Sequence record: SRR20825010_4462
DNA: 54,163 nucleotides
Reading direction: 5' to 3' (one strand)
Positions 1-7,674 of this stretch are shown piece after piece. A program made the position numbers and the translations under genes. How positions within the stretch are numbered: the first letter of the stretch is position 1; each line of letters starts with the position of its first letter. The notes below the pieces were generated by a model. It did not search any database, was not told the DNA's origin, and was given only the letters and a program-made list of their open reading frames with translations.

Positions 1-79
1 TCCCGCCAAAGGGCGGGATTATTTCAACCAGCTATCTTTAATGCGCTCCTACAGAGCTTTTAAAGAAAGGGTTGAAATA

Positions 80-160
80 ACAAAACCCACCCTCAACGAA
101 TCAAGGATGGGAAAAAAAATTGCTATGAAAAAGAAAATAATATTGGTTTCCCAATATTAT
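80..160 (-). ncRNA. candidate small RNA downstream of dnaJ
   Basis: Minus-strand TATATTTG (163-170), then a 10-bp hairpin with GAAA loop (137-160), a pyrimidine-rich linker, and a hairpin with G-U pairs (86-111) followed by a U tract. Confidence 0.4.
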
Positions 161-200
161 CTCAAATATACGTTTTTTATTTAAAACGGTAAATCCTCTT

Positions 201-1325
201 TTAAGAGAACATATCCTTGACCTTTTCAAAGAAAGATTTATCCGATTTCTCGGGCCTTGGCTCAAAATTTTCGTTATTCTGCATGCGTTCGAAAAAATCT
301 TTTTGCTCTTTGTTCAATTCTTTGGGCGTCCAAACATTTACGTGTACCAATAAATCTCCACTGCCGTATCCGTTTAGACTCGTAATACCCTTACCTCTCA
401 ATCTTAAGATCTTACCAGACTGTATCCCAGCTTCCAATTTGATCCTTACCTTACCACCTACGGCATCAATCTCTTTAGAGGTACCTAAAACTGCTTCAGA
501 AATACTAATATAAAGGTCATAATGTAAATTATCGCCTTCCCGTTTTAGCGTATCGTGCTCTTCTGTCTCAATGGCCACCAATAAATCCCCAGGAACTCCA
601 TTTCCAGGAGCATCGTTTCCTTTGTTGGGCACTTTTAACTGCATACCATCTTCTACCCCTGCCGGAATATTGATACTCACTGTTTCCTCTGCAACCTTTA
701 ATCCATTGGCATCCGCATCACTGGGTTTCTTATCTATTATTTGTCCACTACCGCCACAGGCGCTGCAGGTAGCTGCAGTCTGCATTCTTCCCAGAATGGT
801 ATTGGTTATTTTGGTTACCTGGCCACGACCTCCACAGGTCCCGCAGGTTTGGTAGGTTACCCCTTCTGCCTGAACTTTTCTCCTTACTTTTATTTTCTTT
901 TCAACACCATTGGCAATTTCCTCCAAGGTCAGCTTAACCCTGATTCTCAAATTGCTTCCTTTAACACGACGTTGTCCGCCTCCGCCACCAAATCCGGAAA
1001 AGCCACTAAAACCTCCGCCTCCGAAGGCGCCTCCGAAAATATCGCCGAACTGACTAAAAATATCATCCATGTTCATACCGCCGCCGCCAAATCCGCCGCC
1101 GCCCTCAAAAGCTGCATGACCATATTGGTCATATCGCGCCTTCTTATTGGGGTCACTTAATACCTCATAAGCTTCGGCCGCTTTTTTGAACATTTCCTCT
1201 GCCTTGGCATCACCTGGATTTTTGTCAGGATGATACTCTATTGCTTTCTTCCTATAAGCCTTTTTTACTTCAGCCGCAGTAGCATTTTTACCAATGCCCA
1301 AGATGTCATAATAATCCTCCTTCAT
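201..1325 (-). CDS. dnaJ: molecular chaperone DnaJ
   Basis: J domain with HPD motif, G/F-rich linker, CxxCxGxG motifs, C-terminal domains; downstream of grpE. Confidence 0.97.
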   Translation of the reverse strand: MKEDYYDILGIGKNATAAEVKKAYRKKAIEYHPDKNPGDAKAEEMFKKAAEAYEVLSDPNKKARYDQYGHAAFEGGGGFGGGGMNMDDIFSQFGDIFGGAFGGGGFSGFSGFGGGGGQRRVKGSNLRIRVKLTLEEIANGVEKKIKVRRKVQAEGVTYQTCGTCGGRGQVTKITNTILGRMQTAATCSACGGSGQIIDKKPSDADANGLKVAEETVSINIPAGVEDGMQLKVPNKGNDAPGNGVPGDLLVAIETEEHDTLKREGDNLHYDLYISISEAVLGTSKEIDAVGGKVRIKLEAGIQSGKILRLRGKGITSLNGYGSGDLLVHVNVWTPKELNKEQKDFFERMQNNENFEPRPEKSDKSFFEKVKDMFS

Positions 1326-1334
1326 AAAATATTT

Positions 1335-1907
1335 TTAATTTCCAACAACCACTTTTGGATGGCGTATGATTTTATCACCCAATTTAAACCCCATTTCAAC
1401 GACATCTACTATTTTCCCCTTCAATTTTTTGCTTGGAGCAGGAATTTGAGTAATGGCATCGTGAATTTCCGCATCAAAAGCATCACCTTGCTTGACTTCA
1501 ATTTGTTGAAGACCCTTATTTTTTAATGTTTCTTTGAATTTATTGCTTATTAATTCAACTCCCTTGAACATTTCCTGGTCCTCAGACTTGGAAATTTCCT
1601 TTAACGCACGGTCAAAATCATCAATAACTGGCAATAGCGACACTATTACCTCCTGGCCTGCCGTTTTAAACAAATCCATTCTCTCTTTGGAAGTACGCCT
1701 TTTGTAATTCTCGAATTCTGCAAAAAGACGTAAAAATTTGTCCTTTTCCTTACTAAGGTCTTCCTTCAATTGCTCTTCCAAGCTAAGTTCTTGGCTTTTC
1801 TCAATGTCAGCGCTCTCAGAAGATGAATCATCTTGTTCCAATTCTTGATTTTCTATATTGTTCAGAACATCATCTTCCATCTCTTCCGTTTTATTTTCGT
1901 TGCTCAT
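1335..1907 (-). CDS. grpE: nucleotide exchange factor GrpE
   Basis: LRLFAEFENYKRR, LLPVIDDFDRA, F..E.HDAI and IIRHPKVVVG motifs. Confidence 0.97.
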   Translation of the reverse strand: MSNENKTEEMEDDVLNNIENQELEQDDSSSESADIEKSQELSLEEQLKEDLSKEKDKFLRLFAEFENYKRRTSKERMDLFKTAGQEVIVSLLPVIDDFDRALKEISKSEDQEMFKGVELISNKFKETLKNKGLQQIEVKQGDAFDAEIHDAITQIPAPSKKLKGKIVDVVEMGFKLGDKIIRHPKVVVGN

Positions 1908-1940
1908 TTAAAATACATTTATATGCTTCCGATTTCAGAT

Positions 1941-1981
1941 GGCAAAAGTACTGCCAATTCTTTAAAAATGTCATAATGTCA
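1941..1981 (-). promoter_or_regulatory. grpE-dnaJ promoter: sigma54-like -24/-12 element overlapping TAnnTTTG, with an upstream TGACA-N3-TGACA repeat
   Basis: Minus strand reads TGACATTATGACA ... TTGGCAGTACTTTTGCC, with exact GG-N10-GC spacing. Confidence 0.55.
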
Positions 1982-1992
1982 TTAAACTTTAT

Positions 1993-2020
1993 AAAAAAAC
2001 ATCCACCAATGGCGGATGTT
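1993..2020 (-). terminator. intrinsic terminator after the TIGR01777 gene
   Basis: AACATCCGCC-ATT-GGTGGATGTT followed by a T run on the minus strand. Confidence 0.75.
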
Positions 2021-2051
2021 AGGAACTTATAAACTTATTATGATATAATGT

Positions 2052-3014
2052 CTAGGAAATAAACTCATTCCGGTAGAGTGCATCTATAGCTGTTTGCGCT
2101 CCTTTATCCAAATATATATTTTCCAAGGCCCTGCAGATATTGGGAAATATAAAATCAAATCCCGAATCTTGGATTTTTTTACTACTTACGCGCTGACTGG
2201 AAAATAACAAATAGGACATTTCACCCAACACCAAACGCATCAATGTTTGTGGAATATTGGGCAAAAACAAAGGTTTTTCCAAAACTCTCGCAATTTCTTT
2301 GGTAAGCTTAATATTGGTTACAGGGTTTGGGGCCACTGCATTATAAACTCCTGTTAGGTCCTTTGATATTACATGTAGAAATAACCGGCCAAGGTCTTGC
2401 AGATGTATCCAGGATTGCCATTGATTGCCAGAACCCATGGCAGCGCCTACATAATATTTTACGGGTTTGGCCATTTCTGGCAGTGCCCCACCTTTGCCGG
2501 ACATTACCAATCCTATCCTGATCTTGGCGGTTTGGATATTCAATTTTTCGAAGGCATCTACCTCTTTCTCCCAAATGGATACCACCTCCCCTAAAAAACT
2601 GTCATCCACTTCTTCTACATCCTCCCTATAATATTGGGAAAGAGAATTGGGGTAAATCCCTATCGCCGAAGTAGAAACTATTTTTTTAATACTATGAGGT
2701 CCGACTTTGGGTATAGCCCCCAACAGAGTTCTAAGTGACTTTACCCTACTGTTAAGAATCTTCTTTTTATTGCTTCGAGTCCATCTCTTAGAAATACTGG
2801 ACCCTGCAAGGTTGATAATTGTGGTTACTCCATTAAAGCAATTTTCATCTATTTCATTCTTTTCAGGATTCCAATAAAAGCCTTTATAATTAGGTTGGGA
2901 TACAATTTTATCCTTCCTGGTGGTCAAGTAATTTACCGAGATATTGTTTTGTTTGCACAAATTTACAATTTCACTCCCCACCAAACCTGTTGAACCTGTT
3001 ATCAAAACCTTCAT
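2052..3014 (-). CDS. TIGR01777 family NAD-dependent epimerase/oxidoreductase
   Basis: GSTGLVG Rossmann motif, INLAG, SA.G.Y, W.SWIH..D and SQRV motifs. Confidence 0.9.
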   Translation of the reverse strand: MKVLITGSTGLVGSEIVNLCKQNNISVNYLTTRKDKIVSQPNYKGFYWNPEKNEIDENCFNGVTTIINLAGSSISKRWTRSNKKKILNSRVKSLRTLLGAIPKVGPHSIKKIVSTSAIGIYPNSLSQYYREDVEEVDDSFLGEVVSIWEKEVDAFEKLNIQTAKIRIGLVMSGKGGALPEMAKPVKYYVGAAMGSGNQWQSWIHLQDLGRLFLHVISKDLTGVYNAVAPNPVTNIKLTKEIARVLEKPLFLPNIPQTLMRLVLGEMSYLLFSSQRVSSKKIQDSGFDFIFPNICRALENIYLDKGAQTAIDALYRNEFIS

Positions 3015-3144
3015 ACCCTTACTTTCTTTCTATCAACTTTAATATAAATATATGGGTTTTTAGAATTTAAATAGTTGAATTTAGTTTAGGTTTAACAGTC
3101 CAAGTCCTTTAGATGTTAAGTAAACCATAATTAAAGAGTAACTA

Positions 3145-3810
3145 TTATGAAACCTTTAAGGCCCGTAGCATTTCTCTTTTTCCTGGAGGCCCTGGCAAAC
3201 GTTCCACAACAAATCCTACGGCCTGCATAGCCCTCCTAACGCTTCCTTTTGCGGAATAGGTGACCAGCACACCATCTTTTTTCAATGCCTTGAACATTAT
3301 AGCAAAAACGTCCTCTGTCCAAAGTTCCGGTTGCACCCTGGCGCCAAAGGCATCAAAATAAATTAGATCGAATAGATCAATATCCGAGATTTCTCTAAAA
3401 TCGATCTGTTGCTTTATTAGTGAAAAATTGGCCGATATTGGATGTGATTGTCCCCATGAAGTTTGGTGCATACTCAAAAAATCCTGTTCCAAATTCCCTG
3501 CATTCAATGCTGATATATAGTCCAATTGTTCCAATTCTTCAGGGACAACGGGATAGGCCTCTATACCTTTATACGTTATATCCAAACTTCGCTTTTTAGA
3601 CTCCAATAATGTTATAAGCGCATTCAAGCCCGTTCCGAAGCCTATTTCCAGTATAGACAATTGCCGGTCCTTGAATAAGGACAAACCGTTCTTAATAAAA
3701 ACATGATAGGCTTCTTGAATAGCACCATGGATAGAGTGGTACTGCTCGTTCCAATCTTCGATCTGAATGGTTTTGGAGCCGTCGGCCGTAGTTATGATTT
3801 TTCTTTTCAA
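3145..3810 (-). CDS. mnmD: tRNA mnm5s2U34 methyltransferase MnmD (stand-alone MnmC N-terminal domain)
   Basis: T.DGS.T, YHS.HGA..E..HVF, LEIGFGTGLN, YFDAF, PELW and GPPGKREM motifs; TTG start. Confidence 0.9.
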   Translation of the reverse strand: MKRKIITTADGSKTIQIEDWNEQYHSIHGAIQEAYHVFIKNGLSLFKDRQLSILEIGFGTGLNALITLLESKKRSLDITYKGIEAYPVVPEELEQLDYISALNAGNLEQDFLSMHQTSWGQSHPISANFSLIKQQIDFREISDIDLFDLIYFDAFGARVQPELWTEDVFAIMFKALKKDGVLVTYSAKGSVRRAMQAVGFVVERLPGPPGKREMLRALKVS

Positions 3811-3811
3811 T

Positions 3812-4315
3812 TTATTTTTTTATCAGCACTCCATCCGCCTCAAAGGCGTATTTTTTCTCAACCATTATTATAGCGGCAACTTCCTCTTCCGATTTCCCCG
3901 CATCACGGGCAAAATGTCTTTGGTCCCCAACACTCATTTCTTCAACATAGGCCAAACCATTTACAACTACCTCTTTTCCCACCAATTCCTGAGGCACAAA
4001 GAATCCGTAATCCTTAAATTTAACCATGCTTTCTTTGCCGTTCCCCAATTTCAATTTCATCCAACATCCTTTGGCCATACAAACCTCCGTTACCAGACCG
4101 GAAAACCTGGATGCAAGTGTATCCGACTTGGCCATTTTTTCATAATTCCCAAGCATTTGTCCACTGCTTATGGCATCGGAATCGTCAAATTGAGTTCCGA
4201 TATAATCATAATTCTCGTTGATCAAGGCCGCGCTGGTCGGTACCGACGGCTTATTTTGCGCCAGACAAGCCGAAAACACCATAAAAGTCATAATCAAAAT
4301 GTTAAATTGCCTCAA
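3812..4315 (-). CDS. DUF4920-like exported protein
   Basis: Signal peptide with possible lipobox (FSAC); VC..KGCWM, V.FKDYGFFVP and H.A.DAGKS motifs. Confidence 0.75.
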   Translation of the reverse strand: MRQFNILIMTFMVFSACLAQNKPSVPTSAALINENYDYIGTQFDDSDAISSGQMLGNYEKMAKSDTLASRFSGLVTEVCMAKGCWMKLKLGNGKESMVKFKDYGFFVPQELVGKEVVVNGLAYVEEMSVGDQRHFARDAGKSEEEVAAIIMVEKKYAFEADGVLIKK

Positions 4316-4420
4316 AATATTCAGATTTTATATCACTTTACAAAACTGGGCATTTTTAGACGAAAAAAGAAGAACTACTAATGATATTTGCTTAATTTTA
4401 TTGCTTTAAATTAGAATGCT

Positions 4421-5494
4421 ATGCAAACTGTTTCAAATTCAATAATAGTTGAGAAAGTTAAAGACTCGAAAATTAATAAAGTAGATTTTAATAATTTATC
4501 GTTTGGAAAATATTTTACGGATCATATGATGGTCTGTGATTACAAGAATGGTGCTTGGGAAGTACCAAAAATAGTCCCATATCAACCCATTACACTTGAC
4601 CCATCCGCTAAAATTTTTCATTACGGACAATCTGTTTTTGAAGGAATGAAGGCCTATAAGGACAAAGATCAAAATGTCTGGCTCTTTCGCCCTTTGGAAA
4701 ACCAAAAGCGGATCAACATATCGTCCAAAAGGCTTGCTATGCCCGAATTCCCTGAAGATTACTTTATGGAGGGCTTAACTGCACTCTTGAAATTGGACCA
4801 TAAATGGATTCCTACGGCTGAAGGTAGTTCCTTATATATTAGACCATTTGTCTTTGCCTCGGGATGCGGATTCCACGCTTCCCCCTCTGACGAATACAAA
4901 TTTATTATTGCCTGTTCCCCATCGGCCTCCTATTTTGCAGGGAAGGTAAAAGTTTTAATAGAGGAGAAATATTCAAGATCGGCCAATGGTGGTGTAGGTT
5001 TTGCCAAAGCCGGAGGTAATTACGCCGGACAGTTTTACCCAACACAGCTGGCAGTTGAAAAAGGTTACAATCAAGTAATTTGGACAGATGACAACAACCA
5101 CGAATATATAGAGGAGGCCGGGGCCATGAACATATTTGTTAGGATTAACGACACCTTGATTACCAGTCCTACGAGCGATAGAATATTGGACGGTATAACT
5201 AGAAAAAGCATTATAGAGATTGCCAAAGACGAAAACATAGCAGTAGAAGTTAGAAAAATCACTGTAAAAGAGGTGGTCGAAGCCTCCAAAAATGGCAGTC
5301 TCAAAGAAATGTTCGGAGCAGGTACCGCTGCGGTAATTTCCCCTATAGCCACTTTCGGTTACCAAGAAAAGGATTATGACCTGCCGGAGTTAAAAGATAG
5401 TTACGCCTCTATTTTAAAGAAGCGCATTACGGACATACAATACAACAAGGCCGAAGATAAGTTTGACTGGAGATATAAGGTGGATATTGAATAA
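4421..5494 (+). CDS. ilvE: branched-chain amino acid aminotransferase
   Basis: HYGQSVFEGMKAY, LYIRP, AKAGGNY (PLP lysine), ILDGITR and GTAAVI motifs. Confidence 0.95.
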   Translation: MQTVSNSIIVEKVKDSKINKVDFNNLSFGKYFTDHMMVCDYKNGAWEVPKIVPYQPITLDPSAKIFHYGQSVFEGMKAYKDKDQNVWLFRPLENQKRINISSKRLAMPEFPEDYFMEGLTALLKLDHKWIPTAEGSSLYIRPFVFASGCGFHASPSDEYKFIIACSPSASYFAGKVKVLIEEKYSRSANGGVGFAKAGGNYAGQFYPTQLAVEKGYNQVIWTDDNNHEYIEEAGAMNIFVRINDTLITSPTSDRILDGITRKSIIEIAKDENIAVEVRKITVKEVVEASKNGSLKEMFGAGTAAVISPIATFGYQEKDYDLPELKDSYASILKKRITDIQYNKAEDKFDWRYKVDIE

Positions 5495-5512
5495 AAACCA
5501 ACTTTACATTTT

Positions 5513-5553
5513 AAAAAAATCCCCTCTTCCGCAAGGATCGAGGGGATTTTTTT
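5513..5553. terminator. bidirectional intrinsic terminator
   Basis: AAAAAAATCCCCTC ... GAGGGGATTTTTTT between convergent genes. Confidence 0.85.
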
Positions 5554-5585
5554 GCCCTTTATTTAGGTTTCCCGATAGCTATGGC

Positions 5586-5975
5586 CTACTTTTTATCTAA
5601 AATATCCACAATATTCGGTTTAAAATAATTTGGACCTTTAAGCACTTTTCCATCTTCACGATAGATTGGTTTGCCATCTTCCCCTAATTTACTCATATTA
5701 CTACGCTGAATTTCTTCAAAAACTTCCTCTATTTTATACTGCATACCATGCTCCAATATAGTACCGCACAAAATATATAGCATATCGCCCAGGGCATCTG
5801 CAACTTCAACCAAATCATTATTGTTTGCCGCTTCCAAATATTCCTTATTCTCTTCATCCATCAAATTAAAGCGTAGTAAATTCTTGGCCTCTCCCAAATT
5901 AGCCCTGATTTCTTTGGAAACACCCAACCCAAATGAATTATGGAACAATTCAACGGCATTAAGTTTACTTTTCAT
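5586..5975 (-). CDS. MazG-like nucleoside triphosphate pyrophosphohydrolase
   Basis: EE..EY..A, EVADALGD..Y, SNMSK and DGKVLKGP motifs. Confidence 0.85.
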   Translation of the reverse strand: MKSKLNAVELFHNSFGLGVSKEIRANLGEAKNLLRFNLMDEENKEYLEAANNNDLVEVADALGDMLYILCGTILEHGMQYKIEEVFEEIQRSNMSKLGEDGKPIYREDGKVLKGPNYFKPNIVDILDKK

Positions 5976-6016
5976 AATTGAAATTATTTAAGTTAGATTT
6001 GCGTAAAAATATAAAT

Positions 6017-6205
6017 ATGTTCAGTGCGGGACAATTAATTTTTGCAGGACTTTTTTTCGCTGCATTTTTAGTAATTATCATATTTTCCTATCAAAAAGAC
6101 AAAAAACTTCATAAAAAAAACTACAAAGGCGTTCAGTGGGTAGGACTTTTCTTCATAATTTTCATAATAATTTTGTTTCTAATTAAGTTTTTCCTTAAAA
6201 ATTAA
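6017..6205 (+). CDS. small two-TM membrane protein (62 aa)
   Basis: ATG at 6017 in A-rich context downstream of TAGATTTG (5994-6001); two hydrophobic helices separated by YQKDKKLHKKNYKG. Confidence 0.75.
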   Translation: MFSAGQLIFAGLFFAAFLVIIIFSYQKDKKLHKKNYKGVQWVGLFFIIFIIILFLIKFFLKN

Positions 6206-6321
6206 CATATTTTTTCGGTTCACCATAAAAAGGACCCCTCCCAATAACATTCCTGATTATTACATCGTTTAATATACGAAAAGACGTAATTTTGCGTTGA
6301 ATAACTAAATCATTTAGTTGT

Positions 6322-6498
6322 ATGGTAACTTTTTTCAGTATTTTGTTAGTGCTTATTGGTATAAACGCATTGCTTTTTTTAGTCAGTTTTAACAGTAGTT
6401 CCAAAAAGAAAGAAAAGTCCGTCAAAAATATTTCAGAATCTACAACAGTAATCTTCCCCCTAGATTTGATTAACTCGAAATATAAGAAGGCAGTTTAA
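6322..6498 (+). CDS. small single-pass membrane protein (58 aa), absent from the ORF track
   Basis: MVTFFSILLVLIGINALLFLVSFNSSSKKKEKSVKNISESTTVIFPLDLINSKYKKAV; own promoter TAATTTTG at 6287-6294. Confidence 0.65.
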   Translation: MVTFFSILLVLIGINALLFLVSFNSSSKKKEKSVKNISESTTVIFPLDLINSKYKKAV

Positions 6499-6638
6499 TT
6501 CTTGTCTAAGGAAATTTATGCATCTTTGCCTAAATACTATGTCACAATAGTGTTTACAATTACGCTATACCTATTATTAAGACCTTTGTATATGATAATT
6601 TTTATTTACTTTGAACAAGGAATAAAAACTATTTGTGC

Positions 6639-7007
6639 ATGAAGCAATTTCTACTCGTCTTTCTTGGAGGGGGTCTAGGTAGTGGCTTACGGTTTTTAAT
6701 AAGCAAAGCTTTCAACAACACTTTTCACAATTTTTTTCTCGGCACTTTTATAGTCAATATAATAGGTTGCCTAATTATTGGTTTTATCCTAGGACTTTCA
6801 CTTAAAAACAATTTCCTCACAAACAATCAGACATTATTATTAACCACAGGCTTCTGTGGTGGCTTCACTACTTTTTCAACCTTTGCCCTGGAACAACACT
6901 CCTTTTTAAAAACAGGGGATCTTCTCAACTTCACCGCTTACACTCTTGCCAGTCTTGTAATAGGAATCTCTGCCGTAGCTATCGGATTCTGGTTTTCAAA
7001 GCTGTAA
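6639..7007 (+). CDS. crcB: fluoride efflux channel CrcB/FluC
   Basis: GGGLGS.LRF, GTF.VN..G and TGFCGGFTTFSTF motifs. Confidence 0.95.
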   Translation: MKQFLLVFLGGGLGSGLRFLISKAFNNTFHNFFLGTFIVNIIGCLIIGFILGLSLKNNFLTNNQTLLLTTGFCGGFTTFSTFALEQHSFLKTGDLLNFTAYTLASLVIGISAVAIGFWFSKL

Positions 7008-7185
7008 ACTCCTATCAAAATCTTTTAACACATTTATTGTCCTTTCTATTTATTTTGGTGGAATTGGCCATTTTTCTGCATTATCAATAGCAAAACACCT
7101 AAAAAGACGCGATTTTTTCAGGTTTTGACGTAAACAAGTGTTAAAAGTATTAACATATCAGCATAATATTTAATTTGAAACACAA

Positions 7186-7282
7186 TACCCATAAAATTTA
7201 TGGGGCATTTTTACGTAAAATGTAATTCTTACGCATATACCCCCCAAAAAATAGGGGGGTATATAATAAATATATATTTTTG
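7186..7282 (+). promoter_or_regulatory. glnB-amtB promoter: two TACCC-N11-GGGG boxes, a TTTTACGTAAAA palindrome and a TAnnTTTG -7 element
   Basis: Boxes at 7186-7205 and 7238-7257 (the latter within an 11-bp inverted repeat, 7235-7264); palindrome 7209-7220; TATTTTTG 7275-7282. Confidence 0.7.
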
Positions 7283-7304
7283 TCTCATAAATAATAAATC
7301 AATT

Positions 7305-7643
7305 ATGAAAAAAATCGAGGCAATTATTAGGAAGTCAAAATTTGATGACGTAAAAAAAGCGCTACATCAAATTGGAGTAAACTTTTTTAGTTACTGGGAC
7401 GTAACTGGAGTCGGAAATGAAAAAGAAGGGCATGTCTATAGAGGCATTTCCTATAGTACATCCGACATTCAACGTAGGTATCTTTCCATTGTAATATCGG
7501 ACGATTTCTTGGAAACTACCGTAAACACCATTCTGGATACAGCATATTCAGGCAACGTAGGTGACGGTAAAATTTTCATTTCTGAAGTTTTGGAAGCTTA
7601 TCGAATCAGAACAAAGGAAAGCGGAAAAGCAGGAATCAACTAA
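7305..7643 (+). CDS. glnB: P-II family nitrogen regulator
   Basis: MKKIEAIIR start, YRG..Y T-loop, G..GDGKIF and RIRT motifs; 112 aa; upstream of amt. Confidence 0.93.
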   Translation: MKKIEAIIRKSKFDDVKKALHQIGVNFFSYWDVTGVGNEKEGHVYRGISYSTSDIQRRYLSIVISDDFLETTVNTILDTAYSGNVGDGKIFISEVLEAYRIRTKESGKAGIN

Positions 7644-7674
7644 AAAATTTAAGAACCAACAAACAAATAACAAC

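Noticed and set aside
975-1105. GC-rich CCGCC short repeats
   Set aside because: They are the Gly codons of the DnaJ G/F-rich linker.
1908-2050. CIRCE or sigma32 site upstream of grpE
   Set aside because: No TTAGCACTC-N9-GAGTGCTAA or CTTGAA/CCCCAT; the TGGCA-N7-TGCCA symmetry is better explained by the sigma54-like element.
3767-4381. 204-aa plus-strand ORF and the many other ORFs antisense or out-of-frame to recognised genes
   Set aside because: Shadow ORFs with no recognisable motifs, overlapping well-supported genes.
6195-6425. 76-aa minus-strand ORF
   Set aside because: It is antisense to a better-supported 58-aa plus-strand ORF that has a promoter and TM helix.
6499-6638. Fluoride riboswitch upstream of crcB
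   Set aside because: No GGCGAUG...GUUC...GCU.AUGAC consensus; the region is AT-rich and partly explained by the small ORF.
7200-7674. N-terminal extensions of P-II (from 7200) and Amt (from 7561) in the ORF track
   Set aside because: They run through promoter DNA or the upstream gene; family homology begins at ATG 7305 and ATG 7675.
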